Of a stretch of 64,000 nt of DNA, positions 1 to 10,299 are shown piece after piece. Made by a program: the position numbers and the translations under genes. Under the pieces are notes generated by a model. That model was not told the DNA's origin. It did not search any database and saw only the letters and a list, made by a program, of their open reading frames with translations. Location of the stretch: the NCBI RefSeq assembly GCF_004010195.1, contig NC_057719.1, positions 48,205,071 through 48,269,070 on the forward strand. Reading direction: 5' to 3'. The DNA comes from Chiloscyllium plagiosum. Taxonomy: Eukaryota. Every line of letters starts with the position of its first letter. Within the stretch, counting starts at the first letter, position 1.

Positions 1-528
1 TGGTGGAACTGGTCCTCCTGGGAGCAGATACGGTGGAGGCGGAGGAATTGGGAATATGGAATGGCATTTTTACAAGAGGTAGGGTGGGAAGAGGTGTAAT
101 CCAGGTAGCTGTGGGAGTCGGTGGGTTTGTAAAAAATGTCAGTGTCAAGTCGGTCGTCATTAATGGAGATGGAGAGGTCCAGGAAGGGGAGGGAGGTGTC
201 AGAGGTGGTTCAGGTAAATTTAAGGTCAGGGTGAAATGTGTTGGTGAAGTTGATGAATTGCTCAACCTCCTCGCGGGAGCATGAGGTGGTGCCAATGCAG
301 TCATCAATGTAGCGGAGGAAGAGGTGGGGACTGGTGCCAGTGTAATTACAGAAGATGGACTGTTCTATGTAGCCAACAAAGAGACAGGCATAGCTAGGGC
401 CCATACGGGTATCCATGGCTATCCCTTTGGTCTGGAGGAAGTGGGAGAATTCGAAGGAGAAATTGTTAAGGGTGAGGACCAGTTCGGCCAAACGAATGAG
501 AGTGTCCGTGGAAGGGTACTGTTGGGGA
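1..528 (-). mobile_element. Penelope-like element reverse transcriptase fragment
   Basis: ORF 210..491(-) has LTLNNFSF, QTKGIAMDTRMGPSYACLF and FLRYIDDC motifs typical of PLE RT; nearly identical to the + copy at 11305..11730. Confidence 0.9.
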
Positions 529-697
529 TGTATTTTCTCCCCACCCCCACCTTCCTCTCATTTATCTCTCCACCCTTTAGGCACTCTGCCTGAATCCTGA
601 TGAATGGCTTTTGCCCGAAACTTTGATTTTCCTGCTCCTTGGATGCTGTCTGAACTGCTGTGCTTTTCCAGCACCACTCTAATCCAGAATTTGGTTT
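529..697 (+). mobile_element. PLE terminal repeat (pLTR) with degenerate hammerhead, inverted relative to the adjacent RT fragment
   Basis: CCTGATGAATGGCTTTTGCCCGAAAC...GGATGCTG...TTTTCCAGCACCACT matches the PLE 3' end at 12780-12958. Confidence 0.8.
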
Positions 698-869
698 GGT
701 TTTAGCAAGCAGCATATTGTGAAGCTGCAGGACCCAAGGAGCAGGTCCATGATGATTCTCCCTCTCTCTGACATCTCTCTTGTAAGAACTTGTGTTGGAT
801 TTCTCCTTTTTTTGCAAAGGGGTGTTTATGGGGATTGTTGCAAGTATTTGGAACAGCATAATTAAGTTG

Positions 870-1180
870 GGATAATCTCATTCACGTCTTGACAATGCAT
901 TGGCAATCACGTTTTCTCATCCTGCCACATGCACAGTTTTCAAATTTAAATGGCTGTAACAACAAATTCCATCTAAACAGTCTGGAATTTTTGTTCTTAA
1001 ATGTGTCCACAAACTTCAGTGGGCTATGATTAGTGTATGATTGTCTCAGATACATTACTGGTAACATAAACATTGAAATGTTGTAACGCCAACACCAAGC
1101 TCAAAGTTTCCTCAACAGTCAAATATTTCTGCTGATGAAGGTTCAATTTCCTGGAGAAATACTGATGGGTCTTTCTATTT
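870..1180 (-). mobile_element. Gypsy pol RNase H fragment
   Basis: Minus-strand translation YFSRKLNLHQQKY...LALQHF...YTNHSPLKF...RLFRWNLLLQPFKF. Confidence 0.75.
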
Positions 1181-1189
1181 TCACGTCGT

Positions 1190-1401
1190 CTTTTTGTAAG
1201 GGTTGGGTTTTCAGATAGTTTAAGTTATTCTGTATTCGGTAATCTTGCAAATAAATTCTGTGTTTGTTTAAACTAAGTGGTTGGGCTAGCTGCATCAATA
1301 TCCATGAATATCCACTTTACACCTGCTTAAAACAACTATCAAAGTTAGGGTCTGGTCTACTTTCTTGAAATGTTTTGAGGGGATCTGGCCTGGCCATAAC
1401 A
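1190..1401 (+). mobile_element. LTR 3' fragment
   Basis: AATAAA near 1249 and terminal ...CATAACA, next to Gypsy fragments. Confidence 0.45.
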
Positions 1402-1439
1402 TAAGACTCTTTTGCTGTCTTGAAAACTGCATATTGACA

Positions 1440-2650
1440 GTAACTATAATGGCTTGCTGGCCTTGATCCAGAAGAAAATTTTAACCATCTGACTGAGGCC
1501 TGGCTTCGTTTTGGAGTTTTGCACTGGGCCACCTAGAGTATCTCTCATCAGGATATGCCATGAGTGAAGCTATGCAGCTGCTTGCACTCAAGTGGTATTC
1601 CCCAATCTCAGTTGGACTGGAAAGGGTGTCCTTTTCTATCAGAATGTCCTGCTTCTTTTGCGACATTTTCCAAAGTTTAAGACAATGTACTTCCTGTTTG
1701 AAGTCCAGTTGAGCTTCAGCTAGTAGGCACTTTTGCATGGTTATATCATATACCAAATGGTCTCTAAGCATCTCATTAAGCGATATACCAAAGTCACATG
1801 TCTTTGCCAGTTCTCTTAACCTAGTCAAAACTCCTGACATGGACTTCCTTCATTCTTGAATTATCAAGTAAAAATGATAGCATCTCAGAATTAAAGGAGT
1901 CCCAGAGTCATAATATTCCTTAATTAAATCCATCAACTCTTGAAACATTTTAGTATCTGGTGCCTTAGGGAAAGTTAGATTCCTAATAACCAAAGACATT
2001 GCAGGTCCACAAGCTGTCAGGAAATTTACTCATTGCCTTTCATATGCCCCATTATTGTTTTCCTGGAAAACATAACACATTATTTCTGCATACTGGGCCC
2101 AGTCTACGATGGCAAGGTTGAACCAGTCACACTTTCCAAATAATGGCATGATGCAAGAAATGCTTACCCCAACTCAAAGATGACTGTTGCAAGCAAGTTT
2201 ATTCAGGAACATGCTTTGGTCTCATTGCCATTGAAATAACTCAACAAAGATCGATATCCTGTCACCAAGTCACTCTTTATTTAATTGTGGAAAGGCCTTC
2301 ACTTTGGCACAGCCTTGTTGGAGTCAGTACCCAGAGGGTCAGAGTCTCTACGCATCTCATTAAGAGATAAACCAAAGTCATATGCCTCTGCCAGTTGTCT
2401 TAACCTAGTCAAAATTCCTGACATGGACTTTCATTGGTCTCAAATTACCAAGTAAAAATTATAGCACCTCAGAATTAAACAAGTCTTGTAGTTGTAATAT
2501 TCCTTAACTAAATCTGTCAACTCTTGAAAAGTTTTAGTATCTGGTATCTAAGGGAAAGTGTCACAGTCTCAGACACTCCTCTTTTTACCTGTCAGCCAGG
2601 CATTCCTGATTGGATCAGATTAACAGTCCCAATCAGGAAACTCATTCTAC
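1440..2650 (-). mobile_element. Degenerate Gypsy element (K02A2.6-like gag, PBS region and 5' LTR)
   Basis: Minus strand reads PLFGK..., TACGP, LRELAKTCDFGISLNEMLRDHLV (gag). The LTR end ...TTATTTCA is followed by TGGCAATGAG (PBS-like) near 2221-2234. LTR sequence at about 2232-2650 is interrupted by a copied gag segment at 2352-2559. Confidence 0.75.
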
Positions 2651-3297
2651 CTTACAAAATAATTAGTTGTGAAATTTTAGTTTGTGATCAGACTGAAGTC
2701 TCTTTTATCGCTCTCTTCTCTCCTCCATTCTGAATGTTCACTACCATTTAATTTGTAACAAAAGGATCTGCTTAGTGTTGTCTGTTCACATTGCTTGTTA
2801 AGGCTGTTTCAGTTCCTGGAATGCTATATCACATGATGCTGTTTTTTATTCTGCAATTTATTAATATATTCATCTCAAAATTACTTTGGTTAGTGCAAAC
2901 CTTCTCTATAAATACACAACTGAAAATATTTTTGCTGCATTTCTGCAGCAAATATGATTGACCGGTAAACCTATGAACTGTTGCATAGCACCAACTTAAT
3001 TTGCATCTCAACTTCAAAATTTGAAACTTAGATTATTTTATACAGCAAAAGTCAGAATTCTGATAGAATGTATAACTCTTAAAACTGTAGTCATTACTAA
3101 CCCTGATTAGAATTTAACACTAGCACATAACAAATTTCAAATGCTGGAACATGGAAGAGTACAGTTAATGCCATTCAAAATACTCTAATTGACATTTTTA
3201 TGCTCAGAACCTTAATCTCCCACTGTGTTAAACTACATCAAAAAATATGGATGAGACATTATTCCCATAAAGGGTTAATGGGGTCATAAAATTATCA

Positions 3298-3511
3298 GGA
3301 GAAAGTGAGGACTGCAGATGCTGGAGATCAGAGCTGAAAATGTGTTGCTGGAAAAACGCAGCAGGTCAGGCAGCATCCAAGGAGCAGGAGAATCGACGTT
3401 TCGGGCATGAGCCTGAAGATTCCTGAAGAAGGGCTCATGCCCGAAACATCGATTCTCCTGCTCCTTGAATGCTGCCTGACCTGCTGCGCTTTTCCAGCAA
3501 CACATTTTCAG
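3298..3511. mobile_element. Palindromic PLE pLTR insertion
   Basis: Inverted arms 3333-3413 and 3432-3512; flanking direct repeat CATAAAATTATCA at 3285-3297 and 3512-3524. Confidence 0.85.
3418..3455 (+). ncRNA. Minimal type I hammerhead ribozyme motif (PLE-type)
   Basis: GATTC-CTGAAGA-A-GGGC TCAT GCCC-GAAAC-ATC-GATTC: core boxes, 4-bp stem II, short stem I. Confidence 0.6.
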
Positions 3512-4102
3512 CATAAAATTATCAACAAACAAAACATATCTCTAATGCTGTAGTTTGGGTTTATAAATTAATTATAGTACATTCATCTGAGATACCCTTT
3601 CTTCTCTTTGTATTCATGTACAGTGAAATCATAGAGTTTATTTTGACCACTTTTCAGGATAGAGAATGATGTCTCTCACATAATTTATTTGCATTCTGTC
3701 ATCATTTTGTCATGCCATTGTGATTACGGATCACTTATTTAAATTAAAGATTGTAAATTTGTGTATTCCAAATCATCTATTACAAGAGCATTAAACATTA
3801 ATGATAAACAAAACAAAGCAGCTAACAAACTGTTTAATAATGCACCATGGATTAAGCAACCCCAAAGGTGTAAAACTGCATGGAATTAATAATCTTTGAT
3901 AAAATACTTAAATAAGCAAATTCTTGGCAAAATGATTCTCCCTAAATCACATCTGGAAAAGTTAACCGAATATCTAAGTGACCATCAAACTATATTTGAC
4001 AAGAGACCATATGCAAAAATATCATGACTATTGAATAAAACATTGCACTGGAATTTTCTAGAATGTCACATCTGATTCCAAATAACAATTTGCATTTATA
4101 TA

Positions 4103-4424
4103 TATATTTTTGACACTCCTGTTTTTTTCTCCCTCTTTTTCTCCCTCCACACTACTGCCTAACTGCGGTAGTGCTTATTTTCCCCCAGCACCCATGTCAT
4201 GTGTGTGCAGGTGTAGGACACAGTGAAGAACAACAAGTGCGTAAATCTTTATTTCTATTCCACCACCAGGAAAGAAAGGAAACACCAGAGCAGCCAGTGA
4301 CAAGCGGTGCCCTTCTCAACAAAGGGCAATGCTGTGTGATCAAAAAAGTGAAGAGGAGGGCAGGAATTGGAGGGCAAAATAAAACACTCCACTCTACACG
4401 GTTCCCACCTCTCCCTGAACAGCT
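4103..4424 (-). mobile_element. Solo short Tx1-clade LINE 3'-end element
   Basis: Diverged copy of the 5888-7655 unit; 18-bp flanking duplication ACAATTTGCA(T/G)TTATATA at 4085-4102 and 4425-4442. Confidence 0.7.
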
Positions 4425-4878
4425 ACAATTTGCAGTTATATAATGTCCTTAATGTAATCTGGTATGTTAGAAGCTCACTGGACTTTTTCATTGTCTGGTT
4501 TTCATTGTGCATTTATTGAGCTGGCCGTAAAATGAATGCCTGAAGTGAGTGCAGCATGGTAAAGGGCACATGACTATGACAAATCAGGAGCTACATTGGT
4601 ACAGTATTGCACTTTTATCCCAAATATTCCTGTGTTCTTGCAAAAAAATGCATGCATTATCATCTACATTGTGAATTCCCCAATTTATCCATTCTGTACA
4701 CATTATCCTCTAGCTTTTGCAGTTTATTATTTTCAATAGTCTCTGCACACACATGGCACATGTATGGCTGACCCTCTTTTTTTTGGCTATGTTTTGCTGA
4801 GATTTTCTGGGTATTTCTCACCATGAATTTAGTGATTTTCTCACCATACCATACCAAACTTGACTCATTGAATATCTA

Positions 4879-5026
4879 CGAGGTAAAAACAATGACTGCA
4901 GATGCTGGAAACCAGATTTTGGATCAGTGGTGCCGGAAGAGCACAGCAATTCAGGCAGCATCCGACGAGCAGCAAAATCGGATGCTGCCTGAATTGCTGT
5001 GCTCTTCCAGCACCACTGATCCAGAA
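4879..5026. mobile_element. Palindromic PLE pLTR insertion
   Basis: Inverted arms about 4915-4965 and 4978-5028; flanking direct repeat TCATTGAATATCTA at 4865-4878 and 5027-5040. Confidence 0.85.
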
Positions 5027-5244
5027 TCATTGAATATCTATCCCATCCCAAAGAATCCCCTATTGCCCCATCTTACAACTTGCCATTCCCAGAACAACTC
5101 ACCACTTCTGTAATATCCTGGAATTGATTGACAAGTCTGCTGCCAAGTGGTACCATCTTAAAGGCTTTCTGCACCCAGACAAACGCTGTTAGTCTGGAGC
5201 TGCCATGCAGGGTTCCTGCTATTTGCCCGAGACACGACAGACAA

Positions 5245-5425
5245 GGGAAAATTGACACCCTGTTTTGTTGGCAGGGATCTGTAGGTCCCGCTGGATAGAC
5301 TGATGCAGGGGCAGAATGTCATTTTCTCTCAGGATTAGCAAAGGGGTTCTTGATACCAGACTATACCAGTTTGGTCTGAGGTTACTGCCTGAGTTAAAGC
5401 AGTCTCAACCATCTGGAGGTTGACC
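5245..5425 (+). mobile_element. Harbinger Myb/SANT-like ORF remnant
   Basis: Translates GKLTPCFVGRDL*VPLD...IPVWSEVTA*VKAVSTIWR; homologous to 23076-23270(-). Confidence 0.5.
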
Positions 5426-5807
5426 ACCTTCACTCTGCCAGCATAAGAACCACTATTTTCTCTGCGGTATCTCACACACTCTGGCTTTTCCACAGCATAG
5501 TCCTCCCACCAAGGCTCATGGTCAATCACTCTCACTATTTTCTGCAAAACCTTACTTACTGTCGCCCACTCCAACCCCAAACAGCATTAATGCTGTATAC
5601 TTTCTATGCCACTTACTCATTCACTTGGGAGGAGAGAAAAGAGGAATAAAAGGGACTCCAGTCTGATCACAAACTAAAATTTCACAACTAATTATTTTGT
5701 AAGGTAGAGTAATTCATTTTACAATGTTACAAACCAAAATATACACAGAATGGCAAGGATACAATGCTTATAAATTCAATTGAATAAAACATTTTCTATC
5801 TAGATTA

Positions 5808-5897
5808 GTTGTAATATTCCTTAACTAAATCTGTCAACTCTTGAAAAGTTTTAGTATCAGGTATCTAAGGGAAGTGTCAGAGTCTCAGACGCTCCTC
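5808..5897 (-). repeat. Duplicate of the gag/LTR junction at 2490-2581 (left part)
   Basis: GTTGTAATATTCCTTAACTAAATCTGTCAACTCTTGAAAAGTTTTAGTATC...GTCTCAGAC is nearly identical to 2490-2575; the match resumes at 7641-7720. Confidence 0.9.
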
Positions 5898-7655
5898 TTT
5901 TTTTTCAGTGCACAAATCTTTATTCAATTTCCACCACCAGGAAGATAGGAAAACACCCGAGTGGCCAGTGACAAGCAGTGCCCTTCACATCAAGGGGCAA
6001 TACAGTGCTCTTTATTTTTTTTTCTTTAGGTGTGAGACACAGTGAGAGACACAAGGTGCACGAATCTTTATTCAATTTCCACCACCAGGAAGATAGGAAA
6101 ACACCCGGGTGGCCAGTGACAAGCACTGCCCTTCACATCAAAGGGCAGTGCTGTGTGATCAAACAGTGAAGGGGAGGGTAGGGACTAAATCAAAATAGAG
6201 TTGGAGGGGGAAATAATGCACTCCACTCCCTGCGGCGCCCACCTCTCCCTGACACTCCTCTTTTTTTAAAAATAGAGTTGGAGGGGACACTCTTGTTTAT
6301 TATTATTATTTTTTAAATTTAACCCTCACACTACCACCTAAGTGCGGTATTGCTTATTTTATCCCCAGCACCCATGGTGTGTGTGTGCAGGTGTGAGACA
6401 CAGTGAAAGACACAAAGTGCACAAATCTTTATTCAATTTCCACCACCAGGAAGATAGGAAAACACCCGAGTTGCCAGTGACAAGCAGTGCCCTTCACATT
6501 GCTGATTTTGTTTGGACACCCGGGCTCTAATGTAACCGCGGACACTCCTGTTTATTTATTTTTTCTTTTTTTCCCCATAAATTTAACACCCACACTACCA
6601 CCTAACTGCGGTAGTGCTCCTCTCCTGATTATATGTATATTATTTTCTTTTTTTTGTTTTTTTAATTTTTTTTAAATTAACCCCCACACTACCACCTAAG
6701 TGCGGTAGTGCTTATTTTTTCCCCAGCACCCAAGGTGTGTGTGTGCAGGTGTGAGACACAGTGAAAGACACAAAGTGCACAAATCTTTATTCAATTTCCA
6801 CCACCAGGAAGATAGGAAAACATCCGAGTGGCCAGTGACAAACACTGCCCTTCACATCAAAGGACAATGCTGTGTGATCAAAACAGTGAAGGGGAGGGTA
6901 GGGACTAAATCAAAATAGAGTTGGAGGGGGAAATAATGCACTCCACTCCCTGCGGCGCCCACCTCTCCCTGACGCTCCTCTTTTTTTTTCCTTTTTTTTT
7001 ACTCCTGTTTATTTTTTTTTCTCTCTTTTTTTTCCCTAAGTGTGGTAGTGCTTATTTTTTTCCCCAGCACCCATGGTGTGTGTGTGTGCAGATGTGAGAC
7101 ACAGTGAGAGACACAGTGCACAAATCTTTATTCAATTTCCACCACCAGGAAGATAGGAAAACACCCGGGTGGCCAGTGACAAACACTGCCCTTCACATCA
7201 AAGGGCAGTGCTGTGTGATCAAAACAGTGAAGGGGAGGGTAGGGACTAAATCAAAATAGAGTTGGAGGGGGAAATAATGCACTCCACTCCCTGCGGCGCC
7301 CACCTCTCCCTGACGCTCCTCTTTTTATTTTTATTGTCTTTTTTCTTTTTTTTTTCTACTACCACCTAAGTGCGGTAGTGCTTATTTTATCCCCAGCACC
7401 CATGGTGTGTGTGTGCAGGTGTGAGACACAGTGAAAGACACAAAGTGCACCAATCTTTATTCAATTTCCACCACCAGGAAGATAGGAAAACAGCCGGGTG
7501 GCCAGTGACAAGCACTGCCCTTCACATCAAAGGGCAGTGCTGTGTGATCAAAACAGTGAAGGGGAGGGTAGGGACTAAATCAAAATAGAGTTGGAGGGGG
7601 AAATAATGCACTCCACTCCCTGCGGCGCCCACCTCTCCCTGACGCTCCTCTTTTT
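5888..7655 (-). repeat. Tandem array of Tx1-type LINE 3' ends (~300-350 bp unit)
   Basis: Full units at about 6674-6970, 7034-7311 and 7357-7640 plus partial units. Minus strand reads RERWAPQGVECIISPSNSILI* (Tx1-like ORF2 C-terminus), then a 3'UTR with AATAAA, stem-loops and an A-rich tail. Junction motif GAC(A/G)CTCCTCTTTTT at 5888, 6251, 6971, 7312 and 7641. Confidence 0.8.
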
Positions 7656-7750
7656 ACTTGTCAGCCAGGCATTCCTGATTGGATCAGATTAACAGTCCCA
7701 ATCAGGGAATTTATATTCTATTCTAGCTGCCTCACCTCATTCCAAACACG
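7641..7750 (-). mobile_element. LTR fragment (continuation of the 5808 duplicate)
   Basis: GTCAGCCAGGCATTCCTGATTGGATCAGATTAACAGTCCCAATCAGG is identical to 2591-2637; related LTR start at 51901. Confidence 0.8.
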
Positions 7751-8129
7751 ACAAGTCTTTCTCAAACTTCTCATATGATTCTCTCAGATTTCTTGCCATT
7801 GCCCTATAAGATTCCACCCATAGTATTTATTCTGTTTGTTATAAAAAACCTTGATTGTTTAATTTCTACATACATATACTGTCTATATATAAATAGTGGC
7901 CACCCACCTTCATCTCCCTTAATACCTGCTCTTTCATCATTCATGGAGGAAAACAGCCTTCAATTGAGCAGAGTCAAGGTGGGTAGTGGGCTGCCTGAAA
8001 TTTGACTCCTCACCCATTTGATCCTGACCCTGATTGTCCCGAACAGCTGACTTACCATCTCCAAACTCCTGGACTAATATTGAAGGCTGTCCTTGACTCA
8101 CTATGCCAGGATGTCCTATGTAAAGGTTA

Positions 8130-8375
8130 AAATAAAATAAAGAACTGTGGATATTGGGCATCTGGAACAAGAAAACAGAAATTGCTGGAGAAGCTCAGCA
8201 TGTCTGGTATCATCTATAGAGAGAAAGCAGAGTTAATATTTTGAGTCCAGTGACCCTTCTTCAGAAGAAGGGTCCATTCGAAGAAGGAACACTGGATTCA
8301 AAACATTAACTTTGCTTTCTCTCTACAGATGCTGCCAGACTTGCTGAGATTCTCCAGCAATTTATGTTTTCGTTG
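8130..8375. mobile_element. Palindromic PLE pLTR insertion (second family)
   Basis: Inverted arms about 8170-8266 and 8280-8374; degenerate hammerhead CTGAAGAAGGGTCACTGGACTC(A)AAA on the minus strand; related fragment at 9170-9290. Confidence 0.7.
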
Positions 8376-9399
8376 CTAATTAAAGGCTATCTCCCTTGAC
8401 TTGACTGAGGACTGCTGATAACAATGACAAGCCTTTTGGCTCTATTTCCGTACTAGACAGCATGGGAGTACAGCAGTACCATGAGTTTGGTATCTCTGGC
8501 TGAGAGGCAAGGTGCAAATAGGAAAGCTGAGGTAAGACAAGGCAAGGCAGAGATGTTACAAGCATCCAGATTGCTCAGAGTTAGTGAGCATTATGGGAAA
8601 AACTGAACATTCAGGTCTTGTTCTTGATTTGGGTGCATATCTCTGAGTACACAGAGTCCTTGCTGCAGCATTGAAGTACAGCAGCATCCTGTAAGTGAAT
8701 TAGAGATGTATTATGAGGATTCATAGGGGCTGGCACATGTTGGATGCCAATGTCTGTGGTCATGAAGGGCATGTGGCCAGTGACCATGGAGCTTGCCCTA
8801 CAATCTTGGTGCCCAATGTCCAAATTGGAGGCCGTTTGAAGCAGTCAGCAAGCTGAAGTTGCTAGGTACCCAGTCTTTCTACCAGGTTGAGAATTTTCAG
8901 CATCCAGTTTTCTTGTGGCAGATGGTAGAGTGGGAAGCTGCATATTAATGAGTTGAGGGGTGCAGTTAATAAGATCATTAACAAGGTTTGATGTAGTTAG
9001 AAGTTGCAGTGAGTTGTTCCCAATGTTGAGATTGGTCTCACTAGAATTCTTGCATGATTCTGCCACATTTCTCACATCTTCCACATCATTAAGAGCGCTG
9101 TAAGAGTCCTCCTATAGTCTTTAAATTGTGCTGGTATCTTAAAGATAAGCGTGCACATTAAAAGAGACTCATACTGGACTCGAAATGATAATTCTGTTTC
9201 TCTTTCCCCAGATACTACTCAACTTGCTGAGTTTCTGCAGCATTCTATATGATTGTTTTATATTTTTGGCATCCACAATATTTTGCTTCTATTGTATTTG
9301 GCAGCTTATCTGGGTGATGTAAATTCTTTGGGGACTGTTAATCCCAGGTCACTTGTTTTGCAGTACTTGTTGTTTCATTTCTGTTGTTCGGGTGCTGTG

Positions 9400-10040
9400 G
9401 ATCTCTGGGACTAATAGTTGATCTGTTGACTGCGAATAGTGAGTTCATATCCTTCTGATCATACACCTGCAGAGTAAGAACAGCTGCTTCATTTGTGCAT
9501 TTATGATGCCGCTGTGACAGTATGTTTGGTCATTCACTTCCACCATGTATGATTGAGATGACAATTGCTCTGTTTTGGTCTCAAGTTGCCATTTAGGCTG
9601 ACTCTTTTTGAGAATGCTTGGGTCTTCGATACTCAACTTTAGCATACAATTTTGATTTCTACGATGTCAATAGTTTGGGCGCAATTTGACATTAGTCTTT
9701 GCACTAGACTACCTTCTATCTCCTTAGTAGATGTGTCCTCCACTTGAGGATTGCTTTATATTAGTCTATTCTCATTTTATTCAAGATGTTGACGATTCCT
9801 TTCCAAGTTTTTATGGTTGACTCAGTCTTTTAATTGGGCTAAAATCACTGTGGATGTGATTATGGTATTGAGTTTTTCAATCCTTTGTAAAGCAGTTGAA
9901 TTCTTCACTTATAACTGCTGATTATTGTCACTCACCACAATATCTGGAATGATATGACCTGAAGTATTCTTTCAAGCATTCTGCCGTGTCTGTTATAGTT
10001 GTTGAAGTCAGCTGGTCTACCTCCCAGAATAATCATCTCA
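9400..10040 (-). mobile_element. Gypsy integrase fragment, heavily decayed
   Basis: Minus-strand pieces EVDQLTSTT..AECLK.YF, EEFNCF, LVQRLM and KWQ...SQSYMVEVNDQTY resemble K02A2.6-type integrase and C-terminus. Confidence 0.55.
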
Positions 10041-10299
10041 GTTGAAATCAGAATCTCACCACTAAGTGGCGAACAGTATTCCTCCAACTTCCTTTCTGGC
10101 TGGACAGATCTCTGAGGCTCATGTGGAGCAGCAACTTGCAGAATTGGAAATCAATGTCACAATCAGTGTGCCAACACTGATCACTGTGCACAGAACCTTG
10201 GAGAAGCAGCATGTGTGCATAGCTGCATGGCTTAGAGGGAACAATGGTGGCAACTACTTTATTTCTGGGCAGGTTGTTGGAGGGAATCCTGAGGCACAG

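Noticed and set aside
5888..7655. CRISPR-like or retrozyme-like array
   Set aside because: Units are near-identical with no unique spacers, there are no cas genes, and I found no hammerhead core in the unit; it translates as a LINE C-terminus
8380..9100. Additional DNA-transposon remnant (also 13680-14150)
   Set aside because: Composition is suggestive but I could not define TIRs or coding motifs
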